A stretch of 64,000 nucleotides of DNA from a virus (Duplodnaviria; Heunggongvirae; Uroviricota; Caudoviricetes): positions 12,132-76,131 of the IMG/VR virus record IMGVR_UViG_2778261223_000007; one strand, written 5' to 3'. Below are positions 9,250 through 19,511 of the stretch, piece by piece. The notes beneath the pieces are model-generated. The model searched no databases. It saw only the letters and a list, made by a program, of their open reading frames with translations, and was not told where the DNA came from. Each line of letters starts with the position of its first letter. The first letter of the stretch is position 1. Position numbers and translations under genes: made by a program.

Positions 9250-10854
9250 TTACACCTGTGCGACGTTATACCATGTGCCATTGATGTATTTTTGTATTGG
9301 CCTGAAGATGGCTTCATCATCGCCATCTACTTCACCAATGATTCTTAATCCGGTAATTGCGTGTCCGGCTTTTTCATAACGACCACCACGCGCCATCAAT
9401 TGAACAACACGTGTGCCAAGTCGGACATCTCTCACATAGCGTGAGTCAAAATTGCCATAATTGCCGGGAATAACTTGCGCACCACAAAGCCAGTTACCGT
9501 TATTATCCATGTACGCCTGACCATCGGTGCCATTGGCTGTCCTTGAGTTATTAATCATGTAGATGCCAAATTGCTTGTTCCCCAGTCCACCTATCATGAA
9601 CTTTCGGTCGGCGTGATTCTGGCGAAGTAACGCCTGAGCGCTATCAGTGTTAACTATATTTTTCCCAAAGATAGCGTTGTTATCGCGCATCTGAATCCAC
9701 ATACCATTACTGCTGTTAATAGCAAAACGGTCTGAAAGTGTCTCCCCTGAAACATTAAGACCACGTCCCATCGAAACAGCGCCAGTAGCGTTATTAATCC
9801 ATAATGGCCTTAATCCGTTATAAGTCCCCATGTTGTCACCGGAGTTTGTCAACATGAAGTATGTATTTGAACCATCATTACGAATAAAGAATCCGTAATT
9901 ACCATAAGCAATACGTAGGCCGTTTGCTGATTTTGATATGACTTCGCCATTTACAATGGCATTGACAAGAACATACAAAGCATCCCATTTAAGATTCATC
10001 AGGTCTTTTGTTGTGGTACTTTGTTTGCTTCTCCATTTGAAATATTCATTGCCGTTGTCGCCTGTCTCAAACCACATGTATGAATCAGTATCGCTGTCGG
10101 CATCATTTTTAAAACCAATCTTCGCCCAGTCAGTATTCCGAATCCAGGCAAGGATTGAGTCGTTTTCAAAAGTAAGTCCACCGGACAAGGTATCGCCTGT
10201 CTTTTGAACCGCGTTATCAGCCTTGTTTACCGTTTCCTGTAGATTTAAATCTTCCGCCGTTAGCTCAATATTTTTAGAACCGTCAAACGAGACGCCGTTG
10301 ATAGTACATGCTATCTGCAATTTGGTCGCTGTAGCCGCATTACCAGAGGTGTCCTGATTCCCTTTAGCATTGACGCCGGGAACTGAATCTTTTGACGTAT
10401 AGATCTGTGCCCACTCGGACCATGCCGCAGCAGTGCTATCTCTTTTGGATCGAATGAAAGCAGGTGCATGAGCGCCATTTGTGCCACTCCAGCCAATGAA
10501 TAACTCACCTTCGCCAGCAGCGGTGGCACCTTTAAGGTGAAGCACATTGCCATAGGGGGAAGGGTAGCCATTGTTGTATGCCTCATACATCTGCAATCCA
10601 GTAGCAGCACCTTGCGTTGTACCGGTAAGCGCAGTAACGCGTCCTCTAGACGTAATTGTTGGTATCGAAATGTTCGTAGAACCATCGAACCTGACGCCAT
10701 TAATGTTTATGGCTGTTTTTAATTTCGTCGCGGTATCGGCGTTCCCTGTCAGCGCCCCGGTGATCCCGCCGTTGAAAGTCTGGCGTGCACTCCACGTGTT
10801 AGCCGTGCTCAACAGGGGGATCTTTTCACCGCTGGTACCGAGTTCTCTTAAACC
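9250..10854 (-). CDS. alternative tail fibre variable cassette Sv' (expressed only after inversion, no own promoter)
   Basis: Minus-strand frame is open from cixR to 9250; its first ~60 codons are identical to residues following the crossover point in S (STANTWSARQTFNGGITGALTGNADTATKLK...). Confidence 0.75.
   Translation of the reverse strand, partial: GLRELGTSGEKIPLLSTANTWSARQTFNGGITGALTGNADTATKLKTAININGVRFDGSTNISIPTITSRGRVTALTGTTQGAATGLQMYEAYNNGYPSPYGNVLHLKGATAAGEGELFIGWSGTNGAHAPAFIRSKRDSTAAAWSEWAQIYTSKDSVPGVNAKGNQDTSGNAATATKLQIACTINGVSFDGSKNIELTAEDLNLQETVNKADNAVQKTGDTLSGGLTFENDSILAWIRNTDWAKIGFKNDADSDTDSYMWFETGDNGNEYFKWRSKQSTTTKDLMNLKWDALYVLVNAIVNGEVISKSANGLRIAYGNYGFFIRNDGSNTYFMLTNSGDNMGTYNGLRPLWINNATGAVSMGRGLNVSGETLSDRFAINSSNGMWIQMRDNNAIFGKNIVNTDSAQALLRQNHADRKFMIGGLGNKQFGIYMINNSRTANGTDGQAYMDNNGNWLCGAQVIPGNYGNFDSRYVRDVRLGTRVVQLMARGGRYEKAGHAITGLRIIGEVDGDDEAIFRPIQKYINGTWYNVAQV
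10679..10854. repeat. inverted repeat, right arm (~176 bp)
   Basis: See left arm. Confidence 0.8.
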
Positions 10855-10868
10855 AAGGTTTAGGATTG
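10843..10868. other. cix-like crossover site (right): TTCTCTTAAACC-AA-GGTTTAGGATTG
   Basis: Inverted copy of the left site next to the 3' end of cin; resembles hix/gix consensus. Confidence 0.7.
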
Positions 10869-11420
10869 AAATGATGATGCCGGAAACTTCTTATAAAGCG
10901 TGGAAACAGCCACATCATAGATGATTGCAACCTGCTTACGAGGGATGCCCTTCTCCAGCAATCGCCGCATTTGCTGCCATGTTTCTTCTTGGTATTTAGG
11001 CCGACGCCCACCTATACGACCTTCTGCGCGAGCTGCATCAAGTCCAGCGCGTGTACGTTCAATGATAAGCTCACGTTCCATTTCTGCCAGCGCACCCATT
11101 ACGTGAAAGAAAAAGCGCCCCATTGGTGTACTGGTGTCGATGGAGTCAGTGAGACTCCGGAAGTTAATGCCTCTGTCACGCAGCTCTTCCACCAGCACAA
11201 CCAAGTGACGCATGCTGCGCCCAAGGCGATCTAACTTCCATACGACCAGGGTGTCACCTCTGGAAAGAATACGCAGAACCTTTTTTAACCCTGGGCGTTC
11301 AGCCTTTTTGCCGCTCGCCTTATCCTCAAAAATTAGCTCACATCCTGCGCTTTCAAGGGCGTTTCGTTGTAAAGCGGTGTTTTGGTCATTAGTTGATACG
11401 CGAATGTATCCAATAAGCAT
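10860..11420 (-). CDS. cin: serine DNA invertase (Cin/Gin/Hin/Pin family)
   Basis: 186 aa; MLIGYIRVSTNDQNT...VVWKLDRLGRSMRHL...SIDTSTPMGRFFFHVMGALAEMERELIIERT is near-identical in pattern to Pin/Cin invertases; adjacent to cixR. Confidence 0.9.
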   Translation of the reverse strand: MLIGYIRVSTNDQNTALQRNALESAGCELIFEDKASGKKAERPGLKKVLRILSRGDTLVVWKLDRLGRSMRHLVVLVEELRDRGINFRSLTDSIDTSTPMGRFFFHVMGALAEMERELIIERTRAGLDAARAEGRIGGRRPKYQEETWQQMRRLLEKGIPRKQVAIIYDVAVSTLYKKFPASSFQS

Positions 11421-11525
11421 ATGTCCCCCCTTGTATGTTAAGGGGGGAGATTCTAGAAGATGTCCTGTAAGGAAATAACAAACTGACTAAGTTAGTGGCG
11501 CATTAGATGTTATTTCTGGAGGGGT

Positions 11526-11852
11526 ATGTTTGCAGATTATGAAAATCTGGCTGTAGTAGTCATAACATCCCTACTAAGTGGAACCGGCGTATTCCTTCTC
11601 GGAGTTAGAGACGGGCGCATTTCTGCGTCCCTGCTCAATCTTGCGAGTGAATTGTTTACTGCGGTAACAGCCGGGCTTGCGGGGTATGGGGTGGCGGTTA
11701 GCCAAGAATGGCCTGAAGGTATCATTTTCTGCGTTGTTCTGATTGCCAGTAACAACGGTAGTGAAATTTTACAGGGCTTGAAGTCCAGAGCTAGTAACGT
11801 CTTGAATCTCTTAAGCGTAATAGCGAATGGGGGAAAAGGTGGAGAGAAATAA
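11526..11852 (+). CDS. small membrane protein, holin-like (P1 LydA-like by position and size)
   Basis: 108 aa with hydrophobic segments; first gene of the darA-like operon. Confidence 0.4.
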   Translation: MFADYENLAVVVITSLLSGTGVFLLGVRDGRISASLLNLASELFTAVTAGLAGYGVAVSQEWPEGIIFCVVLIASNNGSEILQGLKSRASNVLNLLSVIANGGKGGEK

Positions 11853-12298
11853 TGGGTAACTTTGGAAATTATTTCATTTTTATCATGGCATTTGTTGCCA
11901 TCATTGACCGTTTCATTTTTCGTCGCAAGAGTGTTGAGATTTTGAGTATTGGTGACGCTGTAGTGAAAGAATCCGCTATAGCATTTCCTGTTTCGCTACG
12001 TGTTAAGCGAAGCTGGGTGAGCAATGCTCAAATCGAATATTGGTTGCAAGACCTGAAAAATCCATCTGTGGTTATTTCAGGGAAAACGCGACCAGTTGAC
12101 GCCTCAAAACGCGGTGAGAGAGAAGAGTATTTGCTCATCGATACGAAATATCTTGAGCCAACGAAGTGGGATCTGAAAGTCACATTGACTAACGGTAACT
12201 GCCGACTGAATCCGCTTTATCGCATTTTCCCTATCAATGACTGCATAGAGCGCCAATTTACGATCGAAAAGCGTGAAGGAGACTGGGATGTCAAATAA
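11852..12298 (+). CDS. membrane-anchored protein (P1 LydB-like by position and size)
   Basis: 148 aa, N-terminal hydrophobic helix; start overlaps upstream stop. Confidence 0.35.
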   Translation: MGNFGNYFIFIMAFVAIIDRFIFRRKSVEILSIGDAVVKESAIAFPVSLRVKRSWVSNAQIEYWLQDLKNPSVVISGKTRPVDASKRGEREEYLLIDTKYLEPTKWDLKVTLTNGNCRLNPLYRIFPINDCIERQFTIEKREGDWDVK

Positions 12299-12908
12299 AA
12301 ATAATTATGTTCTTCTTAATTATGATGAGTTAAACGAAAAGGGGCTGTCAAAACTCGTCAAAGAAATCAGCAAAGGTGGTTACAAGATAGCGAGGGTGAT
12401 CCCTGCAAGTAATGGCAGGAAGAAAGATGGGATCATGACGCGCACGTTTACCCTTATTGGTATTGATGAACAGACAATGGAAGTTCAGGTTAACGATACC
12501 GGTGATATATCTGGGATCAAACTGAATGGTAAAACAGTACCGTTCAAGCCAGTAAAAACAATGTCGGCTTTGGGGCAATCTCTTGCGGCTTTATTTAATC
12601 GTGGAGCAACTTCTTTCCAGAAGTCACTAGCTCGAAAACTTGCTCGTGCAGCAAAAAATATTGATGACGGAAATAAGAAGCGGCAGGGAGTTAAATCTAA
12701 CGCTCAGAAATTAGCTGAAGCGAAAGAATCACGTGATGCACTCCGTGAAGATATCGCTAATGCTAACGACAAACTGTCTAAACTCCAGAGCAAGTCAGAC
12801 AAAGTAATGCAAGATACGGGTAATGTTAAAGCTGCCTTGTCTCAGGAAGTAGCTAAGACACGTGCTCTTAAAGAAGAAATCGCGCGCCTGGAGGATGAGC
12901 ATGATTAA
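12273..12908 (+). CDS. hypothetical coiled-coil protein in darA-like operon
   Basis: 211 aa, Lys/Ala-rich coiled-coil C-terminus; operon context only. Confidence 0.35.
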   Translation: MKETGMSNKNNYVLLNYDELNEKGLSKLVKEISKGGYKIARVIPASNGRKKDGIMTRTFTLIGIDEQTMEVQVNDTGDISGIKLNGKTVPFKPVKTMSALGQSLAALFNRGATSFQKSLARKLARAAKNIDDGNKKRQGVKSNAQKLAEAKESRDALREDIANANDKLSKLQSKSDKVMQDTGNVKAALSQEVAKTRALKEEIARLEDEHD

Positions 12909-14838
12909 CAATCCTTTACGAATTAATATTCAGTCTACTTTTGCTGATACGATCCCCGGCTATATGCCAAGTCGCTGGTCTTCAGAAGAATTAAGCGAAG
13001 ATGACCTGATTTTTGAGGCGGCGACCTTAGAAGATATTGAGCTTGCCTATATGGGCAATGAAATTCTGGTTGTGTCTGACGAAGCTATGTTTGAGTCCAT
13101 AACTACAACCAGAATTCGGTTAGCTCAAACAATGCGAGCTTTCGTCCGTGCGCTGAATCGTGGCCTGAATGGTACGAATATTATGGCAGGGACTGATGAA
13201 GCTGGGACCGATGAAAATGGACGTAATTGTATTGGTGGTGCGATTATCGGTCGTGTACGTCGGGTAGCTAATATCCCCGTTTTGACCGCGCAGATACCGC
13301 TTACTGACGGGCAGAGTACAAGCATAATTTTCCACTCTCCAACAGCTGACGGGGCAAAAATAAAGAGTAACGACGAGCTTGTTGCATTTCAGTTTTTACT
13401 TAATAAGCGTAACGTAACTCACGTTGTCGCCCCGATTGGTGGGAGAGATGTTTCTTTAAACCAGGTATGCCAGGCGCTATCTAATTTGATTGAGCGTAAC
13501 AGCGAAAAATTTAAGAAAGCAAAAGAGCGCCAGGACAAAATGAAGGCAGATATTGAGAGTTATCTCAATGAAGCAGATAAACTGGCAGAAGAACGGTCAA
13601 TAATGATTGATCAGGTGGAAGTTGCGCAACGAGGGCTGACTGAAAAGCGTGCTGCTCTTACGGAGATGCAAAAAAAACTTGATTCCCAGAAAGCCATCAA
13701 CGAGGAATTACAAGCAAAACGCGATAAATTGTTGTCTGCTAAAGGTGAAAAAACGAAAGAACGAGCGTTTAGTGACCAGCTGCGACATGTAAAACATAAT
13801 CTTGCCATTGACGGAAAAACAGTGCTGGATAATGGCGCTGAAGTTAATTATGTCACGTCCGGCAGTGATAATTTCGTTACGATAGTAGCACCTGAAGGTA
13901 AATTCAGTATTGATGCCAGTGCTGTCAAAGGAGGCAGTTTGGCAGATGCTGCAACCAAATTACTTAAAGCCTACCGAGAGCATAACGCAGATAAATATAA
14001 AGTTGATGTGTTACCAGGCCAGCAGGAAGACCCCGAACCACCACAGACAGACCCCGAGACGAACCCAGTATCACAACCAGAGAGCCAGGATGTAGGTAAA
14101 TACCACTATGCACTTCAATCTCGCCCGGCTGGTGTTGGTGCTGTGCCGGATGGAAATAAAGCCGTGCTTGATCGTCCTGACCAGGCTGATCAGTATTACG
14201 AATATGCTCGTCACGGTATCATTACGTATGACCGTAAACTGACAGATGAAGAAGTCAGCCAGTACGAGTTGCTCTATCTTCCTGATGAAGATGAGCTGAA
14301 AGATTTTGCAGGCCAATTGGTTGTGTCCAGCATGTCGAAACATATTGATGGCTATGTAGACCTGTTTGGCAGTGACCTGAAAACATTCAAGGCGCAAGTG
14401 AAAATTCTTTTCCGCAAAGCGTTTCCAAACGTGGCGTATCCACTTGGTGATGGGGAGAACCTTTTCATTATGGACGTATATAACGCCCTTCAAAATCATT
14501 CAAACGAAGTAACGCCAGAGCCTGAATTAGCACCTGTAGTTGAGCCAGAATCACACCCACAAACAGCACCAGAGCAACAGCCAACGCCGGAAGACGCTGA
14601 AGAAGCGGCAACTGAAGCTGATCAGGAAGCAGATAAAGCGTTGGAGTACCTTAAATCCGTCCCGGTGCAGTTTACATCTCGCGATCTGACGGTAATCAGT
14701 GCCGAACTTGACCATGTGCAGGAAGCTGCAAACGCTCTTATCAGTGCTGGTCGATACGACGAGAACGAATCAACGGTTGGCGCAGCAGTTGACTACCTGA
14801 TCAACATTCTGGCTGAAATTCAGCAGGGAGGTGCTTAA
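12901..14838 (+). CDS. darA: DarA-like head-associated antirestriction protein (candidate)
   Basis: ~646 aa from the ATG at 12901 (GGAGG 7 nt upstream); size and operon position match P1 DarA as I recall; Pro/Glu-rich linkers. Homology not verified. Confidence 0.4.
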   Translation: MINNPLRINIQSTFADTIPGYMPSRWSSEELSEDDLIFEAATLEDIELAYMGNEILVVSDEAMFESITTTRIRLAQTMRAFVRALNRGLNGTNIMAGTDEAGTDENGRNCIGGAIIGRVRRVANIPVLTAQIPLTDGQSTSIIFHSPTADGAKIKSNDELVAFQFLLNKRNVTHVVAPIGGRDVSLNQVCQALSNLIERNSEKFKKAKERQDKMKADIESYLNEADKLAEERSIMIDQVEVAQRGLTEKRAALTEMQKKLDSQKAINEELQAKRDKLLSAKGEKTKERAFSDQLRHVKHNLAIDGKTVLDNGAEVNYVTSGSDNFVTIVAPEGKFSIDASAVKGGSLADAATKLLKAYREHNADKYKVDVLPGQQEDPEPPQTDPETNPVSQPESQDVGKYHYALQSRPAGVGAVPDGNKAVLDRPDQADQYYEYARHGIITYDRKLTDEEVSQYELLYLPDEDELKDFAGQLVVSSMSKHIDGYVDLFGSDLKTFKAQVKILFRKAFPNVAYPLGDGENLFIMDVYNALQNHSNEVTPEPELAPVVEPESHPQTAPEQQPTPEDAEEAATEADQEADKALEYLKSVPVQFTSRDLTVISAELDHVQEAANALISAGRYDENESTVGAAVDYLINILAEIQQGGA

Positions 14839-15212
14839 TGACTATCTCTGTTTTAGACCGTCTGAAATTGGGTAAAGAGCTATCAGATTTAATGCAGGCG
14901 CAGAAAACCGCGCCAGTATTACAACGCGTCGCCATTGGTAAGCAGATTGTCGATCTGATGCTTAAACTGGGGTTGGGTACTGCCGCTCAACCGATGTCGG
15001 AACCGCAACCACAACCACAGTCTGATCCTGTTGCAGATGAAGTTCCTAAGATAGTGACTGACTTCCTGGGCGGCGTGTTCACAAAGTCCACACAAATGGA
15101 ATTTATTGATGCGCTGCGTGGGATCTCAAACTATGTTGGTGAGTTCCTTACGTTGGAGCAGGCTAAAGAGCAGACCATAAGCTGGGTGAAAGCCAACGGT
15201 TATGCCGGGTAA
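14838..15212 (+). CDS. hypothetical protein (DdrA-like position)
   Basis: 124 aa, ATG overlaps upstream stop; hairpin after stop. Confidence 0.35.
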   Translation: MTISVLDRLKLGKELSDLMQAQKTAPVLQRVAIGKQIVDLMLKLGLGTAAQPMSEPQPQPQSDPVADEVPKIVTDFLGGVFTKSTQMEFIDALRGISNYVGEFLTLEQAKEQTISWVKANGYAG

Positions 15213-15294
15213 TCAAAAGGGGGTGAAATGCCCCTTTCACTTCTCTGTTCTCACATAAATCACACTCTTTTTACACTCACAGCTTTCTCTATAG

Positions 15295-16671
15295 TTGGAG
15301 TGTATTTTGAACAAATCAGTTACTTCTGCGCTTTCCGAGGCCGCAGATATTAACAGCGTCATTGCTCTGGTTTCTTCATTAGAGAGGAAAGAAACACGCC
15401 TGGGGCGAAGTAGCTACGTAGTCACCAGCAAAGGTGCAGAGGTAAAGACGGCTTTTAAGGTCGTTGATGCCAGCAGTCTGATCATTTCGAACAACCTTGA
15501 CGGTACGATTAACCCGGCCTTCCCGGAAGAACTCCAACCACGAGATCGTACCCGGCTATCCAGCAAACTCCAGGTTAACCGTATTGCCTCCGATTTACGC
15601 CCGGCACAATTAACGGATTCCGGTATGAGCAGCCACGGAGCGCCGATAGTTGGTCCGGACAACGTTGTTGAATCCGGCAACGGAAGGAGTATGGGTATCT
15701 GGCGTGCCTATGAGCAAGGACAGGCGGATGAGTATCGCCAGTACCTGATCGACCATGCGAAAGAGTTTGGTCTGAATCCTGACGAAATTTCGCAAATGTC
15801 TATGCCCGTACTGGTGCGAGAAAGACTCACAGATGTAGACCGCGCTCAATTTGCCCGCGATTCAAACATTAGCGATCTGCAAGAGATGGCAGCAAGTGAA
15901 AAAGCGTATGCGGATGCGCAATTTCTCACTGAGAGCGTCATGGCGCTATTTAATCCTTCAGATGATGGAAATCTGCTGGCGCGGTCCAATGATGCGTTTA
16001 TTCGTGCGTTTTTGCGCGAAATTGGCGATACAGCGACGGCAGGCTTGCTTACTGCCGATGGGCGTCCCACGAAACAGCTTATCGATCGCATCCAGAATGC
16101 AATTTTTGCCAAAGCGTACAAGGATGAAAGGCTTGTTCGGCTGGTGTCGGAAGAGCCAGATCCGGAAATGCGTAATATCCTGATCGCATTAAATACGGCA
16201 GCCAGCGATTTTGCGCAAATGCAGTCGCTGTCTGGCGATGTTCACCATGACACGGTAACCGGACTGGTAGACGGTATAGAGCAATTGAATGGTCTGGATA
16301 AACAGGCTATTGCAGCGCTACAGGAAGCAATTAACCTTGTTCGTGAAGCAAAAGATAACGGTCAGGCAGTAGAAGAGGTGATCGCACAGCGTGGATTGTT
16401 TGGAGATAGCACTCCGGAAGCAGAAGCGCTTGCTCTGTTTATTGTTGCCAACAACCGAAGCGCTAAGCGAATGGGGGCCGCTTTCAAGAAACTGGCGCAA
16501 AAAATTAACGATGAACTTATTCACCAACAACAAGCGTTAGGCGATATGTTCGGCGGCGGAGATGTCGATCTGCGTAGCATTTTATCTGCCGTTTCTGATG
16601 AAATTGAGACTGAGTTTGGCGAAGGTAAAGGGTTAATTTTTTCTATGTTTGAGCCAACCTCTGTTGGGTAA
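15295..16671 (+). CDS. hypothetical protein (DdrB-like position); start uncertain (TTG)
   Basis: 458 aa open frame; no ATG near the 5' end. Confidence 0.35.
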   Translation: MECILNKSVTSALSEAADINSVIALVSSLERKETRLGRSSYVVTSKGAEVKTAFKVVDASSLIISNNLDGTINPAFPEELQPRDRTRLSSKLQVNRIASDLRPAQLTDSGMSSHGAPIVGPDNVVESGNGRSMGIWRAYEQGQADEYRQYLIDHAKEFGLNPDEISQMSMPVLVRERLTDVDRAQFARDSNISDLQEMAASEKAYADAQFLTESVMALFNPSDDGNLLARSNDAFIRAFLREIGDTATAGLLTADGRPTKQLIDRIQNAIFAKAYKDERLVRLVSEEPDPEMRNILIALNTAASDFAQMQSLSGDVHHDTVTGLVDGIEQLNGLDKQAIAALQEAINLVREAKDNGQAVEEVIAQRGLFGDSTPEAEALALFIVANNRSAKRMGAAFKKLAQKINDELIHQQQALGDMFGGGDVDLRSILSAVSDEIETEFGEGKGLIFSMFEPTSVG

Positions 16672-16796
16672 CATCAATGTAACTTAATGCTCTTTCTGTG
16701 CGTTCATCACATATCTGAAGATGGGCGCATAATTCATTTTTGTTCCTGTTTAATAATATGTAAACTAGCTGAAAATATAATGAATGAGGATAACCG

Positions 16797-17354
16797 ATGT
16801 CATCATTTACAGATTTGGTTTCAGCTCTTGCATGGCCATTGGTGTTTGTGTGGTTTGTTAATAAGTATGGGGTTGATATTAAGGAGTTAATAGTACGTCT
16901 GAGTAGATTCAAGATTGGAGTAGCTGAAGCTGAGTTTAATGCGGGACTAACCGCAGCAGAAGTATTAGCAACAGATGCATCAGTTGGGAATAGAAATATT
17001 AACAATGGTAATAATAACTCTGAATATATAAATAAAATCGCACAATTAGAGAGAATTGCTGATTTTTCACCTAGAGCTGCTATTATGGAGTCATGGTTGA
17101 TGGTAGAGGAGGCTGCCGGGCGCTCTGGTTTTATACAGGGAGGGTTAAAGCCGAAACGGAATCCAGAACTATTCATTGACTGGTTGATTCAAGAAGGAAA
17201 ACTTGAAGATTCCGCTGCTTTGCTGTTAAAACGGCTTCGCTCGCTAAGAAATGAAGCCGCGCACTTTCTGGATTTTGAAATCACCAGAAATGAAGCTGAA
17301 CGCTATATAAGACTTGCAGCGAAGGTTTCACAACTTATTGTTGATCCAGATTAG
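16797..17354 (+). CDS. membrane-anchored protein with C-terminal HEPN-like Rx4H motif (candidate toxin/abortive-infection protein)
   Basis: 185 aa; N-terminal hydrophobic helix LVSALAWPLVFVWFV; C-terminal LRSLRNEAAHF fits Rx4-6H; lies in a visibly AT-rich island. Confidence 0.45.
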   Translation: MSSFTDLVSALAWPLVFVWFVNKYGVDIKELIVRLSRFKIGVAEAEFNAGLTAAEVLATDASVGNRNINNGNNNSEYINKIAQLERIADFSPRAAIMESWLMVEEAAGRSGFIQGGLKPKRNPELFIDWLIQEGKLEDSAALLLKRLRSLRNEAAHFLDFEITRNEAERYIRLAAKVSQLIVDPD

Positions 17355-17398
17355 TTTTACTTACTTAGCTTTGATAATTTATAACATGGAGTATAGTT

Positions 17399-17731
17399 AT
17401 GAGAAATATAATCCTGGTTTGTGCTTTATTAGCTTCTGCATCAGTTTGTGCTGCGCCCTATAAGATAAAAATCCCTTCTGATCCAAAAGCTACTTATACA
17501 GTGCTGGATATTGGTCGTGAAGGTGAATATAAAACTATCATTACAAAAAGGGAAGGCCCATCTGGGACAGCATATTCGAAGAGAATATATAATTGCATGA
17601 CAAATGAAGTGAAGTATCTTGGTTCTGGGGAGACGCTTGAACAGATGAAAAATTCAAAACCTGATCCCAAAATGGGGGGGATTGTAAGTGGTTCCATCGC
17701 TGACTATGTGGGCAGGGAAGCGTGTAAGTAA
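17399..17731 (+). CDS. small secreted/periplasmic protein
   Basis: 110 aa with signal peptide MRNIILVCALLASASVCAAP; AT-rich island, downstream of the HEPN-like gene. Confidence 0.45.
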   Translation: MRNIILVCALLASASVCAAPYKIKIPSDPKATYTVLDIGREGEYKTIITKREGPSGTAYSKRIYNCMTNEVKYLGSGETLEQMKNSKPDPKMGGIVSGSIADYVGREACK

Positions 17732-17815
17732 TCATTAACAGCACCAATAAAACTCTCCTATCAAATCACATACTGATTATGCTGCCGCAAAACTGGAAAC
17801 AATTTGCGGTGATTC

Positions 17816-19498
17816 ATGGCAACGAAAGACAAAAACAAAGGCTTTCTGTCAGCATTGAAGAAAGCCTTCAACGGTGGTGATGTTACGCCCGCCGATCCGG
17901 TCGTTTTTACGAGCGGGCATAGTGTCGTTGCTCGTTCCGGCCTGTCTGCTTTACGTCCAGGTATACTGGGGAGCAACAGCGATGGCATGACGAGTGCAGC
18001 AGATTCAATTTCTTTATCCGCTGAACTGCCCGGCGAGCGCCTGCAAAAGTACAACATCCTGGAAACGATGGCTAAAAGCCCGACTATCTCGACGGCTTTA
18101 AACATTCACATTGCACATGCGCTTGCGCCTTCAAAAAAAACCGGACAAGCATTCATCCTTTCGCCAAAGGATGGTTCCGATGCTGAGGCAGTAAGTAGAT
18201 GTGAAGAGTTAACCGCTGATTTGGGGGCGATGATTAATGACGGACTTCCTTCATGGGCCATGATTATGGCTATCTTTGGGGTGTCTTATGTCCGACCTTA
18301 TGCTGAACAGGGCAGGGGGATAACAGGCATTGAGTCCAGTTATTACACTCTGCCACACTTCGTCCAGGAGTTTTATCGTGGTAGCCAGCTGGTAGGTTTC
18401 AGTGGTGATTACATTCTGGATACGCATAGTTTGCGCAGAGTAATAACCGAACCGTGGAATCTGGTTTCCATGAAAAATCCCTATTGGACGCCACAGCATA
18501 AAGTTATTCCGGTTAGCTACGGCACAAAAGGGTACTCACTGTTAAGTGATCAGGCTGATAAGCCGTTAATGGAGACGCAGAATTACGGAACTTCATTCCT
18601 GGAATACAGCTATGAACCTTACCTTAATTTATGTGCTTCGCTCGCCGCGCTGAAATCAACGCGAAATAATGCAGCCAAAATTGACCGCCTGATTGCTCTT
18701 ACGACGAACACACTGGACCCGGTTAATGCGGCGAACTATACGCGTGGCGTCAGCCAGGCATTGAAGCGTCATAGTGACCTGGTGGCGCAAAGGTCGATTA
18801 ATGCCAACGCTATTCCGACTGTGCTTAACCATCTGATACCTGTTATGGGAGACGGGAAGAACGGCATCACCATTGATACGCAATCCATACCCGCAGATAT
18901 CAGTGGTATCGAAGACGTTATGTTTCACCTCCGGCAGCTTGCTGCAAGCCTCGGCATTGACGCAACAATGCTTGGCTGGGCTGATCAGATGAGCGGAGGG
19001 CTTGGAGAAGGCGGCTGGCAGCAAACTGCTATCCAGGCTGCATTGCGTGCGAACTGGATCAGACAGGCCGCCCAGCGAACTATTTATCGGCTTCTGGACA
19101 TTCACCTCGCTTATAAATACGGCAAGGTTTACACCGAAACAAACCGCCCTTATGACGTGCAATTCAACTCAATGAACACTGCTATCCAGGAAGAGGAAAA
19201 CCGAGAACTGGATGCACGCGCCAACTTTGTTGCTGTCATCTCCCAAATTATGGACCAGATCCAGAACAACCCGAAACTGGCTGGTAGCGACGCGTTTATG
19301 CGTTATCTGTTCACTGAGCAGTTGCACATCGACGATGACACTCTCAACACCATGATCAAAGAGTTTAAGGCGAATGAATCAGAGCAAAACAACGAGCATG
19401 GTATGTACGAATCCGCGCCGTTGTCGTCCGGTGACGATCCGGAAAACTGGACGCCAGAACAGTTAATAAACTTTGCAAAATTTGTGATGAGCAATTAA
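17816..19498 (+). CDS. phage structural protein, possibly portal (P1 Prt-like by size)
   Basis: 560 aa ORF followed 14 bp later by a 332-aa ORF; assignment by size and arrangement only. Confidence 0.3.
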   Translation: MATKDKNKGFLSALKKAFNGGDVTPADPVVFTSGHSVVARSGLSALRPGILGSNSDGMTSAADSISLSAELPGERLQKYNILETMAKSPTISTALNIHIAHALAPSKKTGQAFILSPKDGSDAEAVSRCEELTADLGAMINDGLPSWAMIMAIFGVSYVRPYAEQGRGITGIESSYYTLPHFVQEFYRGSQLVGFSGDYILDTHSLRRVITEPWNLVSMKNPYWTPQHKVIPVSYGTKGYSLLSDQADKPLMETQNYGTSFLEYSYEPYLNLCASLAALKSTRNNAAKIDRLIALTTNTLDPVNAANYTRGVSQALKRHSDLVAQRSINANAIPTVLNHLIPVMGDGKNGITIDTQSIPADISGIEDVMFHLRQLAASLGIDATMLGWADQMSGGLGEGGWQQTAIQAALRANWIRQAAQRTIYRLLDIHLAYKYGKVYTETNRPYDVQFNSMNTAIQEEENRELDARANFVAVISQIMDQIQNNPKLAGSDAFMRYLFTEQLHIDDDTLNTMIKEFKANESEQNNEHGMYESAPLSSGDDPENWTPEQLINFAKFVMSN

Positions 19499-19511
19499 CC
19501 GGAGGGAAATA

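Noticed and set aside
5859-10722. Mirror-image ORFs inside the fibre gene and invertible segment (for example 5859..6269 minus, 6827..7183 plus, 10311..10700 minus, 10537..10722 plus)
   Set aside because: They are artefacts of the tandem and inverted repeats and overlap the fibre coding frames.
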